IMG/VR virus record: IMGVR_UViG_3300031965_000101
Span: 1 to 34,458 of that record
Direction: 5' to 3' (one strand)
Source of the DNA: a virus
Lineage: Duplodnaviria > Caudoviricetes
Length of the DNA: 34,458 nt
Part shown: one piece after another, positions 15,488-25,307 of the stretch
How positions within the stretch are numbered: position 1 is the stretch's first letter
Layout: each line of letters opens with the position of its first letter
Program-made: the position numbers and the translations under genes
Notes under the pieces: generated by a model
Told to the model about the DNA's origin: nothing
What the model saw: only the letters and a program-made list of their open reading frames with translations
Database searches by the model: none

Positions 15488-16429
15488 ATGATGAAAAACG
15501 GAAAATGGCATGAGCTTTACAGCGCCGATTTGAGCGAGGCTCTTTCTTATGGAGCCTCAATCCAAAAGGAAGCGGGGATTATTGGAGGGGTTGTTCTACT
15601 CACGGGAAATAAGGTTTCGAGAAACAAGACGCTTTATACGAGCAACGCTCTGAACGAAGCCGCAACGAGATATGAAGGCGCGAAGATGTTCTTGGATCAC
15701 CCGAAAAATGGAGATGGGAAAGTCCGAAGCGTGCGCGACCTCGGAGGAACATATAAGAATGTTCGGATTGAGGAAGGAAGGCTTCTCAAAGCAGACCTTC
15801 ATCTTTTGCCGAACCAACAGGTAAGGGACATTGTTTTCCCTATTGCAGAGGCGAAACTTGAGGGAGTAGGATTGTCCATCCGCGATAGGGGAAAAGGGAA
15901 AGAAGACGACAAGGGTGTTTTCCTCGTCGAGGGCTTCGCGCCAGGAAAAGGATTTTCAATAGACCTCGTTACGGAGGCTTCCGTCAACGAGAATTTGTTT
16001 GAATCGGAAGGAGGAGATGACGACATGAAAATTGAGGAGATTGGAATCAAGAACCTTGAGGAAGGGAATCCGAAACTTTTGGAGTCCATCCGCACGGAGG
16101 AGAGAAAGAAGGTCACCGAGGAATTCGGGGAAAAACTCAAGAAGGGCGAGGATGCCCAGAAAATGCTTGAGCAGGGCAGGAAATTGATCGCGCTTGCCGA
16201 GGCGGGACTTCCATCGAATGTCACGGAGAAGGTCAAGAAGATGATCGAATCTGAATCAGTTACTTTCGATGTTGCCGAGGGGATCATCAAGGCGCAAAAG
16301 GAAATTTGCGAGGAATTCAAGAAAGATGCCAAGCCCGATCCGAAGGTTAAGGGGCATGGCACTGTGAAAGACGAGAACGATAGCGGGTTGCCGAGTGATG
16401 AGGAACTTGCCGAAGCGTTCTCTCGATAA
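15488..16429 (+). CDS. Prohead protease/scaffold protein
   Basis: SRNKTLY, FLDHP, VGLSI, SIDLVTEAS protease-like motifs, followed by a charged coiled-coil scaffold region. Confidence 0.8.
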   Translation: MMKNGKWHELYSADLSEALSYGASIQKEAGIIGGVVLLTGNKVSRNKTLYTSNALNEAATRYEGAKMFLDHPKNGDGKVRSVRDLGGTYKNVRIEEGRLLKADLHLLPNQQVRDIVFPIAEAKLEGVGLSIRDRGKGKEDDKGVFLVEGFAPGKGFSIDLVTEASVNENLFESEGGDDDMKIEEIGIKNLEEGNPKLLESIRTEERKKVTEEFGEKLKKGEDAQKMLEQGRKLIALAEAGLPSNVTEKVKKMIESESVTFDVAEGIIKAQKEICEEFKKDAKPDPKVKGHGTVKDENDSGLPSDEELAEAFSR

Positions 16430-16451
16430 CAATACATAGGAGGATATTGAT

Positions 16452-16892
16452 ATGGGTGACAGATTCGAGTACAGGTCGGGATTTGAACTTCTCCGCGCGA
16501 TGCCGGTTGCTTTAGGTGTCGTCATTGAGGTGGGAGATAGGCTCAAACTTTCAGGCGGGCAGTTGTTTAGAGTTTCCGGCACAACGGATAATCTCTCATT
16601 CGTTGCGGTTGCAAAAGAAGCGCATTCCGCGACTGATCCGTCAGGAGAGATCACGGTTGCACTGAGAAATGCAAATGCGATCTATGAATTGACGCTTGAT
16701 GCCGCGACGGACATCACGATTATGGATGAATTGCAAATGAATTCTACAACGCCGGAAAGCGTTGCAAAGAAATCCACGACTGATCCTGTTGCGGTTGCGG
16801 TGGAATCAAAGTTGCAGGCTACGAAAATTAGAGCGATCTATACGATACCAGCAACATCTGCTGGCCCTACGTTTCTCGGTGATGCGAGCTAA
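16452..16892 (+). CDS. Head decoration / capsid cement protein
   Basis: 146 aa, beta-rich, located between scaffold and capsid genes. AGGAGG SD. Confidence 0.7.
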   Translation: MGDRFEYRSGFELLRAMPVALGVVIEVGDRLKLSGGQLFRVSGTTDNLSFVAVAKEAHSATDPSGEITVALRNANAIYELTLDAATDITIMDELQMNSTTPESVAKKSTTDPVAVAVESKLQATKIRAIYTIPATSAGPTFLGDAS

Positions 16893-16929
16893 GAGCTCGT
16901 CAAGTCGGATCAACCAATAGGAGGATAAA

Positions 16930-18015
16930 ATGTCCAAAAAAATAGTTGAGGTGGTTGAGGCTTACGAGCGTAAGTTCAACCCGTCGGATACGGAGCGCGG
17001 GCTAAAAATCGCGCATAAAGAAATCGCAAAAAAGGTAAAAAGTCTCATCGAGGAAAAGAAAATTGAGCCGATGAAGATTGACATGAAAGAACTTTATCGA
17101 AAACTCGTCGAGGATATGGACTTGGAGGAGAATATCGTGTCCTCCGCGTTTCCGAGTATCTCCGGTGAGATTATTTCTTCTGTGATAATCGAGGGGTACC
17201 AGTCGTTTCCGAAGGATGTAGAGAAGCTCGTGCGATCTGTACCGTCGAAGTTGAAAACATCTCTTGTTGCTGGATGGACGGCGATGGGCGATTTCGGCGA
17301 CCCTGTGAAGGAAAGCGAACCCGCCGATGAGATCATCCCGCCCGATGAGAAGACACATACAGTCAAAAATCACCTATACGAGAGGATTATCAGTGTCACA
17401 AAGGAAGCGATCTTCTTCGATCAGACTGGACAGTTGCTTGATCGTGCGCGGCAGATTGGTGAGAGAGCAATGCAGAAACGACAGAAGATTATCTTTGAAA
17501 CGGTATGTGATGTGAACAGCACCTCATTGTCAAATGCAGTCCTTTATTCTACTGGCAATGCGAATCTTCTGACGACGAATCCGCTTGACACTGCTGGGTG
17601 GGAGGCGGCGGATCACCACCTTACTGGGAAGAAAGATGATAAAGGGGAGCCGATCTGGGTTTTTGGTGATATGCCAGTGCTTATCGTTGCAGCGAATCTT
17701 AAAAGTACTGCAAGGAAACTCAAGTTAAATCAATATGGCCCTCTTGGGACAGCGAATTTAGATGCGAACTTGGCACAGAATGCGTTCGATTACGTTGTCA
17801 ATCCATATCTTGCGGTTTCAAATACAAGCTGGTGGTATGGAGCATTCAACCGACAGTTCAGATGGGAAGATGTTTGGGCGTTTACGGTTATGTCACGAAA
17901 TGGTGAACAGAGTGAGGATGGGTTCAAACGTCGGATCATCAACCAGACGAAAGCGTCTTTCTATGGTGGATGCGGTGCGGCTGATACGGTCTGGGTTGTG
18001 GAATCCAACGCATAA
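16930..18015 (+). CDS. Major capsid protein (HK97 fold, Mu gpT-like)
   Basis: Size, position and AGGAGG SD. Motifs YERIISVTKEAIFFDQTG, PVLIVAANL, VVNPYL...WWYG. Confidence 0.9.
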   Translation: MSKKIVEVVEAYERKFNPSDTERGLKIAHKEIAKKVKSLIEEKKIEPMKIDMKELYRKLVEDMDLEENIVSSAFPSISGEIISSVIIEGYQSFPKDVEKLVRSVPSKLKTSLVAGWTAMGDFGDPVKESEPADEIIPPDEKTHTVKNHLYERIISVTKEAIFFDQTGQLLDRARQIGERAMQKRQKIIFETVCDVNSTSLSNAVLYSTGNANLLTTNPLDTAGWEAADHHLTGKKDDKGEPIWVFGDMPVLIVAANLKSTARKLKLNQYGPLGTANLDANLAQNAFDYVVNPYLAVSNTSWWYGAFNRQFRWEDVWAFTVMSRNGEQSEDGFKRRIINQTKASFYGGCGAADTVWVVESNA

Positions 18016-18031
18016 AAAGGGGGATGATCAT

Positions 18032-18598
18032 ATGTTGACTCAAAAAGCGAAGACACATCTTCTTCCAGGAATCCTCGCGGCGCTTGTCGCCGTGGGGCTT
18101 GCCTGGGGGGCGGCGACGAAATTCACCGACCTTGAGACCACTGGGACGATGACCGTTGGGACGACGCTTGATGTTACCGGAGCGACAACATTGACAGGCG
18201 GCTTGACGCAGGACGGGACAGCAACGTTAAATGATGACGTTACGCTTGGGAGTGCGGCGAAATTAATTCATACCGCTCCGAGCGAGTATGTCCTTCATTT
18301 TTCAAGCTCTGTCTCAATTGCCAGTTCCTATGCAGTCATAAAGTCCAGTGGTGCGGCAATTACTCTATCACCCGCGAACTCGTTGGCCATACTTTCTACA
18401 ACGACTGCGTCGGCAGGGGAAAGGTTTGTTATAAGAAATTCATCGAATGCTGTGATAACTTTTCAAGACGACGGTTCGCTTTCAACAAGTGGATTGGCTC
18501 TTGGCGCGGCAACGAGGGCTCTCGGAATTAATGATACCTTGGAACTGATATTTACGGGAACGCTTTGGGCTGAGCTTTCTTTCACGAATAACCAGTGA
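18032..18598 (+). CDS. Fibre-like protein with predicted signal peptide
   Basis: Start at ATG 18032 after AAGGGGG. h-region LLPGILAALVAVGLAWG-A. TGTMTVGTTLDVTGATTLTG beta-repeats and a C-terminal DTLELIFTGTLWAELS motif typical of fibre tips. Confidence 0.7.
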   Translation: MLTQKAKTHLLPGILAALVAVGLAWGAATKFTDLETTGTMTVGTTLDVTGATTLTGGLTQDGTATLNDDVTLGSAAKLIHTAPSEYVLHFSSSVSIASSYAVIKSSGAAITLSPANSLAILSTTTASAGERFVIRNSSNAVITFQDDGSLSTSGLALGAATRALGINDTLELIFTGTLWAELSFTNNQ

Positions 18599-18608
18599 GT
18601 CGAAAATC

Positions 18609-19034
18609 ATGAGAAGAATTCTAACCGCTTGTCTGTTCTTTTTGCTTTCTGCATCTCTGAAGGCGGCTGATACGGTCTCAATCTCAACAATGAGTCTCGG
18701 TTCCATATCGAGATTCGTTTTCTCGAACAGATCGGACGCGACCGGAGAAGCGGCTGTAAAGAAGATTGACATATCCGCAATCCCAGGGAATCCGTCAAAG
18801 GTCAGAATAACTGCAATCAAATGGGCCGTGAGCGGAATGAATGTTGATGTTCTGTTTGACCACACAACTGATGATCGTGCAATCATTTTGAATGGTAATG
18901 GAGAGATTCAAGACGCCAACATAAAAGACCCTGCATCGTCTGGTGATACGGGAGATATTCTTTTTACTACGACGGGTCACACCGCAGGCGATGGATACAC
19001 GATTGAGATAGAAGTCAGGCCGGACGGGAGTTAG
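18609..19034 (+). CDS. Putative structural beta-sandwich protein with predicted signal peptide
   Basis: MRRILTACLFFLLSASLKA-A signal; TGDILFTT.G...GDGYTIEIEV C-terminus. Confidence 0.7.
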   Translation: MRRILTACLFFLLSASLKAADTVSISTMSLGSISRFVFSNRSDATGEAAVKKIDISAIPGNPSKVRITAIKWAVSGMNVDVLFDHTTDDRAIILNGNGEIQDANIKDPASSGDTGDILFTTTGHTAGDGYTIEIEVRPDGS

Positions 19035-19038
19035 ACAC

Positions 19039-22000
19039 GTGTTGCGCCGTCTCCTTGCGGCGTCTGTGATTTGTGCGGCAGTTGTCACGGACTGCCTCTC
19101 TGGTTTTGTAATCGGAAAATTTAAGCGCGATGGCAACACGATTTATATTGATATTCGTGATGTCGAGATACGCGATCCCGCAACGTTCCGCCCACCGATA
19201 GGGATAAATCCAACATCATCTGCATGTGATGATGCTTCCGAGCATGGGCGCATCTTCATTGATACAAACGCGGTTTCTGGACAGCAATTATATGTCTGTG
19301 AGGGCGCGGCCGGGTGGATATTGCAGGGCGATGGACTCGGCGCTGGATCAGCTATAAACATTCTTGAGAATGGCTCCACCACGCTTTTGAATGCGGGTGC
19401 TATTGACTTTGATGGCGACGATTTCAATACTTCCGTTGCTGGAACGACGGTTGCAATATCCATCGCCTACTCAAGAACAGTCAGCACGCACACCGCGCAA
19501 ACTCTTTTAAATAAAACACTCGAAAGCCCAACTATCAATTCCCCATCTCTTTCTGCTGATAGCGTTGATGTGATAACAGAGATTGCCGCAGCTATCAAGA
19601 CGGGACTTGATGCCAAGCTCGTGACTGGCACGGCTGGGGCAACCGGAAATTGCGCTGAGTGGAATGCGGATGGAGACCTTGTAGATGCCGGTGATCCATG
19701 CGGGACTGGAAGCGGAGGAGGTAATGCGGTCAATATCCTTGAGGATGGAATAACAGAAATCACAGGGGCCGCTGCCATTGATGCCGGATATGGATTGACT
19801 AATGCGGTAAGTGGAAGTACCGGGACATGGAGTTATGATCCTCTCGTCCTTATTGACAGTTCAACGGTGCAAGCTCTGTATAACAAAACGTTCGGATCAT
19901 CAGTTACAGTGCGTGGAACACTAGATGCGCAGTTCGGTATCACAGCGGCAACAGGCGTATTTAGTTCAACAATCAGCGCATCCGCACTAATCCTTGACAG
20001 TTTCACGACGACTCAACTCAATAACACGACGCCAACGCAGGGGATGATAGTATATGATACAAACGAGGATGCAATCTCAATTGCAACCGCTGCCTCGCAA
20101 GGTGCGTTCTCTAAAATATTCAGCGAAAATGATAATATCCCGGTCACGAATTTGGACAGCGGGACGGGAGCGTCTGCTTCGACATTCTGGCGGGGCGATG
20201 GATCATGGGCAACGCCGGCTGCTGGTGGTGGAGGTGGTACGAGCGGACTTGATCTGTTTATCGGCGATACTGAGCAAGAGATAGACATATCTACTCTGAC
20301 TTTTAATGACGATCAGTTCCAGGCGGCGGAAGCGACGGTTTCGATGAAGACGAATGGACTCTACAATCTTAGTAGAAGCACCTGGTCTGTACATTTAGCA
20401 TCAGCAGCACAAGTACAGATTACCGGACAGGGAGATAAAACGCATTTATTAATAAAAATGCCTCAAAATCAAACGTTGTCTCCTCTTGATATTTTAAATT
20501 CCGCTGGAACGTCAATGTTCACTGTTTCTGCCAATGCCGAGGTTCTTACAACGAGTGCATCGGCTCAAATTATATGGAGAGCCGACGCTGAGTCCGGAGA
20601 AGGTCGTATAACGTCCGCTCAAGATTTGCGATTAGTCAGCGCAGTTGGGGATGATATTATTCTTGATCCAGGAGATACGACAAATACGGGTCAGGTGATA
20701 ATGGGAGGCAATGAGGCTTTTGTCGCAAGTAAATCAACAGGTACTTTTCACGCTATAACAGCATCAAGCCAAGCGACAATCGGACAGCTTCATTTGACGG
20801 CAGGCGCGGGAACGGAAGAATGCCTTCAGAGAGACGAAGCGGGGCGTGTTACCGGCACTGGTTCAGCTTGCGCGGCTGGTGGCGGGGATGGCGGCCCGAC
20901 GTTGGATTATGTTGTGAATGGATCAAGTTTCCTTGTGGATGCTGACACAGAGGCCATAACGAACACAGCGGGGTTGACCTATTCATCCACAACAAAACGG
21001 ATTTCGTGGGAACTCAACAGGTCTTCTGTAACGATGGCGGGGCCGACGATCGAGTCTTCCGAAATAACAGATGGGACGATCACGGCTGACGATCTTGGGA
21101 CGGATTCAGTAAGCGCTGATGAATTGAATGCCACCGGCGTGGAAGCCGAACTTGAAGCCGTCCTCGATGTGAACGAACTTCAGGGAGACTTGGACGCTAA
21201 CCGGATATCAGCAGGGACGCTTGATGTTGATGTTGTCGCTTCTTCTGTTGCCGTGAATACTATCGGTAATATCCAGATGCAGGATGATGCGATAACAAGT
21301 GCTGAAATGGCAGACTCAGATCATGGAGATGTGTCCTGGTCTGGGAATGTGGCGACTGTTGACAATGTGGAGGCAGCGAATGTCGCGTCCGGCTCTTTGG
21401 GGGCTAGCGTTCTTGTCTCTTCCATCGCGGCTGGTTCTGTCTATGGCGCGGGATTGAATGCTACCAATGCGCCTGGAGACAATCAAGTTCCTACGTTTGA
21501 TTCGGCGACCGGACAATTCACGTGGACTGATGACCAAACATCAGCCGGTGGGGGTGATAATCTTGGGAGCCATGTCGCCACGAAGACGATTACAGCAGAA
21601 TTCGGGATTGATGCATCTACCGGTGTGTTTTCGTCAACCGTCACGGCTTCTGCGTTTCTGACGACGGCGGCGTCCAGCCAGGAAGAAAGCCTCGTGCGAG
21701 TCTCCGATAAGAACGATTCAACGATTTGGGGACAACTCATTCAGCGTTCGACGAATTCAACGGATTTTCCGAATCTTGCCGGTCGGTTCGCCATTCAGAC
21801 TTCAACGGATAAAATTTATTTTATTATAAACGGCGGCACAAGCGCCGTATTGACGGATGAGAAAACCTTGACGGTATCATCAGCCACGATAGAATATGTG
21901 GCAGGATCGACAATCACCGTTAGAAGAATTGAATGGGCGGATGGAACTGTGCAGGTCTCAAGCCCGCCGGCGGGCGGCGGATCAGACACAAACGCTATTC

Positions 22001-22488
22001 GGGAGATCATGTTTGACGCCGCCGCCTTTCAAATCTTCGGCTCAACCGGTGCGCCATTGGAGCAGACTTCAACCACAAGCGTTGCGGGTCTCGTGCGAAG
22101 TTTCGATGACACCACACGCGAATACGTCGAGATGAAATGGCAGGTTCCAGGTGATATTGATACGTCCGGCTCCGTGACGCTAAGGACATATGTCATGGCG
22201 AAGACGGCCGCGGCCTCGAAGAACGTCCAACTTGATTTTGAGCACTACTGCGTGAACGACTCTGAGAGCTTCCAGGGTTCATATACCGCGGTGTCATCGG
22301 GCGATTTCGCCATTGATGCGACGCAAGTAGATACAACGGAAAAAACGTGGACTGAAACGGTCAGCACGCTCGGTTGGGCCGCGAATGACATGTGTTTTGG
22401 GAGATTGTCCCGCGACCCTGGCGCTACCGATGATCTCACCGGTGACATGCATTTATTCACTTTCACAATCGAGGTTCCAAGACAATGA
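19039..22488 (+). CDS. Large modular fibre/adhesin-like protein (1149 aa) with predicted signal peptide
   Basis: N-terminal RR plus hydrophobic stretch. Ser/Thr/Ala/Gly-rich modules separated by poly-Gly linkers. Fibre motifs QTLLNKTL and TFWRGDGSWATP; internal repeats. Confidence 0.75.
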   Translation: MLRRLLAASVICAAVVTDCLSGFVIGKFKRDGNTIYIDIRDVEIRDPATFRPPIGINPTSSACDDASEHGRIFIDTNAVSGQQLYVCEGAAGWILQGDGLGAGSAINILENGSTTLLNAGAIDFDGDDFNTSVAGTTVAISIAYSRTVSTHTAQTLLNKTLESPTINSPSLSADSVDVITEIAAAIKTGLDAKLVTGTAGATGNCAEWNADGDLVDAGDPCGTGSGGGNAVNILEDGITEITGAAAIDAGYGLTNAVSGSTGTWSYDPLVLIDSSTVQALYNKTFGSSVTVRGTLDAQFGITAATGVFSSTISASALILDSFTTTQLNNTTPTQGMIVYDTNEDAISIATAASQGAFSKIFSENDNIPVTNLDSGTGASASTFWRGDGSWATPAAGGGGGTSGLDLFIGDTEQEIDISTLTFNDDQFQAAEATVSMKTNGLYNLSRSTWSVHLASAAQVQITGQGDKTHLLIKMPQNQTLSPLDILNSAGTSMFTVSANAEVLTTSASAQIIWRADAESGEGRITSAQDLRLVSAVGDDIILDPGDTTNTGQVIMGGNEAFVASKSTGTFHAITASSQATIGQLHLTAGAGTEECLQRDEAGRVTGTGSACAAGGGDGGPTLDYVVNGSSFLVDADTEAITNTAGLTYSSTTKRISWELNRSSVTMAGPTIESSEITDGTITADDLGTDSVSADELNATGVEAELEAVLDVNELQGDLDANRISAGTLDVDVVASSVAVNTIGNIQMQDDAITSAEMADSDHGDVSWSGNVATVDNVEAANVASGSLGASVLVSSIAAGSVYGAGLNATNAPGDNQVPTFDSATGQFTWTDDQTSAGGGDNLGSHVATKTITAEFGIDASTGVFSSTVTASAFLTTAASSQEESLVRVSDKNDSTIWGQLIQRSTNSTDFPNLAGRFAIQTSTDKIYFIINGGTSAVLTDEKTLTVSSATIEYVAGSTITVRRIEWADGTVQVSSPPAGGGSDTNAIREIMFDAAAFQIFGSTGAPLEQTSTTSVAGLVRSFDDTTREYVEMKWQVPGDIDTSGSVTLRTYVMAKTAAASKNVQLDFEHYCVNDSESFQGSYTAVSSGDFAIDATQVDTTEKTWTETVSTLGWAANDMCFGRLSRDPGATDDLTGDMHLFTFTIEVPRQ

Positions 22489-23249
22489 AAAATATGGTTA
22501 TTTTCTTTTTATTGATTCCGTCTTTATGTTTTGGCGGAGGTAGTATGGATTTTGTTAATGCCAATACGGATTTAGTGAATATGGGGGATGTTGGTACCGC
22601 AACGAATAATATATCTGTTTGTGCTTGGATAAATGTAACCTCGACAATTTCCGGTGGACAGAACGCTGCTGTTTCTAAGATGTATGCTCTTGTCGAGCCA
22701 TTTTGGATTTTTGAGCTTGGGTATAGGTTTAATGCCGGAGCCGAAGTAGACAAAGGGTATATTACTATCGGGGGTACGAGTGGGGGATATAACGATGAGG
22801 GAAATACTTGGAGAACGACCTCAACGCCTCTTTCTCTTGGTAGGTGGTATCATCTTTGTGGTACATGGGCGACCGGAGAGATTCCGAATATTTATCTCAA
22901 TGGTGTGCTTGATAATGGATCAGCAGGAAATCCGGCGGCAAATGGCCCTCTTGAAACGTTTGCGACTAATGTTAATATAGGATTTAATGAGATATTAAAT
23001 GTTTACTCTGATATGAAAATCGCGTATGTTCATGTTTTTTCAAGAACCCTTAGCGCAAATGAAGTTACGCAGGAAATGAGATGGCCAGAATCGGTTGGCC
23101 GGAGCAGTTATTATTATATTCCACTAAGAGAAAAAAGCTCTGCATCTCAAATTTCTGATATGTCTGGCGCTGGAAATCATGGGACAAATGATGGCGCTGA
23201 TGAATCTTCCGATAGTCCGCCTGTAACTTTTCCAGGAGGCCCCCTATGA
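22485..23249 (+). CDS. LamG/concanavalin A-like jelly-roll protein with predicted signal peptide
   Basis: ISVCAWIN, GRWYHLCGTW, IYLNGVLD, VFSRTLSANEV, DMSGAGNHGT. Signal MKNMVIFFLLIPSLCFG. Confidence 0.85.
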   Translation: MKNMVIFFLLIPSLCFGGGSMDFVNANTDLVNMGDVGTATNNISVCAWINVTSTISGGQNAAVSKMYALVEPFWIFELGYRFNAGAEVDKGYITIGGTSGGYNDEGNTWRTTSTPLSLGRWYHLCGTWATGEIPNIYLNGVLDNGSAGNPAANGPLETFATNVNIGFNEILNVYSDMKIAYVHVFSRTLSANEVTQEMRWPESVGRSSYYYIPLREKSSASQISDMSGAGNHGTNDGADESSDSPPVTFPGGPL

Positions 23250-23725
23250 AGCACTTTGTGTTTTTGACTTTTCTGCTTTTTCCCGTCCTGGCTTTCGCCG
23301 GAGACGTGGTAATTTTTGATCCCGCGACCGACAGGGTGACGAACTACATCAGGAGCGCTCATACTCCTGACTTCGATAAACGATCCGATGTCGTCCTGAA
23401 CCCAGACTTATCCGCACTCTCCGGCGTTCCCATCAGATACTGGAAGCATTCAGTGGGTGCGATTGTAGAAATGTCAGCGGCGGAAAAACAAGTGGTTGAC
23501 GATGCGGAAGTTGCGGCCACAGATGCGTTGGTAAGAACAACAGCAAAGGACGCGATAGATGGATTTGAGACAAATCCAATTCTTTATAGAGCACTCATCA
23601 AGGTTCTTCTGGATGAGATTAATCTTTTGAGGGAACAACTGCTTTTGCCACCCAGAACATTGAGTCAGGCGAAAACTGCTATCAGAAATGCAATAGACGG
23701 CGGAACGATTGATGAGAAACCATAA
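23246..23725 (+). CDS. Fibre-associated/chaperone-like protein with predicted signal peptide
   Basis: MKHFVFLTFLLFPVLAFA-G signal. YWK...IVEMSAAEK followed by a helical C-terminus resembles fibre assembly proteins. Confidence 0.6.
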   Translation: MKHFVFLTFLLFPVLAFAGDVVIFDPATDRVTNYIRSAHTPDFDKRSDVVLNPDLSALSGVPIRYWKHSVGAIVEMSAAEKQVVDDAEVAATDALVRTTAKDAIDGFETNPILYRALIKVLLDEINLLREQLLLPPRTLSQAKTAIRNAIDGGTIDEKP

Positions 23726-24791
23726 ATGGATTTGTTTTCTTTTCATCCCATCTCTGAGCCTTGCGTCGCCTTCGATCACGAATGTGACGGGGACATTCTT
23801 CGGCCAGGCTACGGATCAAATCGTTGTGACGATCACAGGCGTGGATTTTTCCACGAAGAGTCCCGCCGCGCCGGTGGTTTTTGCGGATTTCGAGGATGGG
23901 ACGGTGAATCCGACTTCTCTGGGAATAATAACGGCGTGGAACGCCAACGATGGGCCGCTCATTTCTACGACGACGAAGCAGCTTATCAATTCCAGTCACA
24001 GTATCTTAGGCACGTGGGTGAGTCCGTCAACAAGTTTCTCTTTTCAGTTGAAACATATTTCCACCTTCAGCTTCATCTACTCATTCGGACGGCGATACCA
24101 TGAAGCCGACCTTACGGGCAATCAGAAGGTTTGGCGATTGCATCGAGCGGATGGCGGAGGGACATGGGTTGTATCAAGCTCAGGGGATGGAGTCTTTCTT
24201 AATGAGGATTGTAGCGGGAATCAACTTAATCAATTTCAGGATATCCAATCAAAAATTGATGAAGGGAACTTTTACACTGAGGAACATATTTGGTCGCATG
24301 GATCGTATACAGGAGCAGATTGGATCGTCGCCAATGGTTACTGGAACTATCTCGTTGATGGATTTTCAGTTCAAAAAAGTACTTCTGGGGACAATTGCGA
24401 TTCGCAGTCTACTGAAATTCGTGTATGGGATAATTTCTCGAATGTCGGCGTGGTGGATGGCGCACATCTCTGGATGGACGATCTTTATGTGGATTCCACC
24501 TGGTCGCGTGTTTTCATTTCTACAGTTTCAACTTGGACTGAAAATGGTACGGGCGGCAGGCGGGAGATTCAAATCCCAAATGCTTGGAGTGATACGGAAG
24601 TGCAGGTCTATTTTCGGCAGGGGGAAGCCCAAGCGGATGAAACGTGGTACATGTTCGTATGCGATCACACAAATTCCTGCAACTCTAACGGCTTCGAGAT
24701 CACAATTGGTGAATCTATATTTGAAACTGAGACAGACAGCTTTGTCGGGCAGGGGGAGTCCGTGATAAAAGGAACAACGGAAATTAGATGA
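23712..24791 (+). CDS. Secreted beta-rich (lectin/lyase-like) protein
   Basis: MRNHKWICFLFIPSLSLA-S signal. Ig/TIG-like ends (PSITNVTG; EIQIPNAWSDTEV) around a Trp-rich core (WMDDLYVD). Confidence 0.65.
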   Translation: MRNHKWICFLFIPSLSLASPSITNVTGTFFGQATDQIVVTITGVDFSTKSPAAPVVFADFEDGTVNPTSLGIITAWNANDGPLISTTTKQLINSSHSILGTWVSPSTSFSFQLKHISTFSFIYSFGRRYHEADLTGNQKVWRLHRADGGGTWVVSSSGDGVFLNEDCSGNQLNQFQDIQSKIDEGNFYTEEHIWSHGSYTGADWIVANGYWNYLVDGFSVQKSTSGDNCDSQSTEIRVWDNFSNVGVVDGAHLWMDDLYVDSTWSRVFISTVSTWTENGTGGRREIQIPNAWSDTEVQVYFRQGEAQADETWYMFVCDHTNSCNSNGFEITIGESIFETETDSFVGQGESVIKGTTEIR

Positions 24792-24961
24792 AGATTTTTG
24801 TGATAACGATCAAGCCTATTCTTATTTCCTGTGTTTTTTACTTCATTGTTCTTTCCGCGATGATCATATTCGGCCAGAAGATCACCGCAAATGAAAAGGC
24901 GCATATGGAACAGATCATGAAACGGAACACGATCGGCGTGACGGCGACGGTGACGGAATGA
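24788..24961 (+). CDS. Small membrane protein (57 aa, not in ORF track)
   Basis: MKIFVITIKPILISCVFYFIVLSAMIIFGQK.... ATGA overlap with the upstream gene. Confidence 0.45.
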   Translation: MKIFVITIKPILISCVFYFIVLSAMIIFGQKITANEKAHMEQIMKRNTIGVTATVTE

Positions 24962-25004
24962 TTATGAAAAACAATCAACGCTCATTCATGGATACGGTTT
25001 TTTA

Positions 25005-25295
25005 ATGATAGAAAATAAAAATAGAAGGAAACATGATAATGGCATTTACAAATATATCCGATTATTCAGCATCGTATTTATTGTATTTTCAACAGTTTTC
25101 GGATGGGGAATGGTGTATAAAGGGTTCCTCTTTACGCAAGAGAAGGTTTCGCGGATAGAAAATCGGCTTGACGGATACGAGAATATTTCAAGAAAGTACG
25201 TCATTTTGGTCGAAAAGATAGATCAGAACATGCTGAATTTTTCGGAGAGAATGAGACGAATTGAAAATTTAATTGATAAACGTTACCAGAGATAA
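25005..25295 (+). CDS. Single-TM coiled-coil membrane protein (holin/XhlA-like, tentative)
   Basis: TM segment LFSIVFIVFSTVFGWGMVY followed by heptad repeats. Confidence 0.5.
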   Translation: MIENKNRRKHDNGIYKYIRLFSIVFIVFSTVFGWGMVYKGFLFTQEKVSRIENRLDGYENISRKYVILVEKIDQNMLNFSERMRRIENLIDKRYQR

Positions 25296-25307
25296 AGGAA
25301 TCAAATA

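Noticed and set aside
17762-18031. N-terminal extension of the 278-aa ORF in the track
   Set aside because: It overlaps the capsid gene out of frame; the SD and signal peptide point to ATG 18032.
19039-24791. Diversity-generating retroelement target
   Set aside because: No reverse transcriptase and no near-identical TR/VR repeat pair differing at adenines was seen in the window.
24788-25295. Complete lysis cassette
   Set aside because: Only small membrane proteins are present; no endolysin motif was recognised nearby, so a holin call stays tentative.
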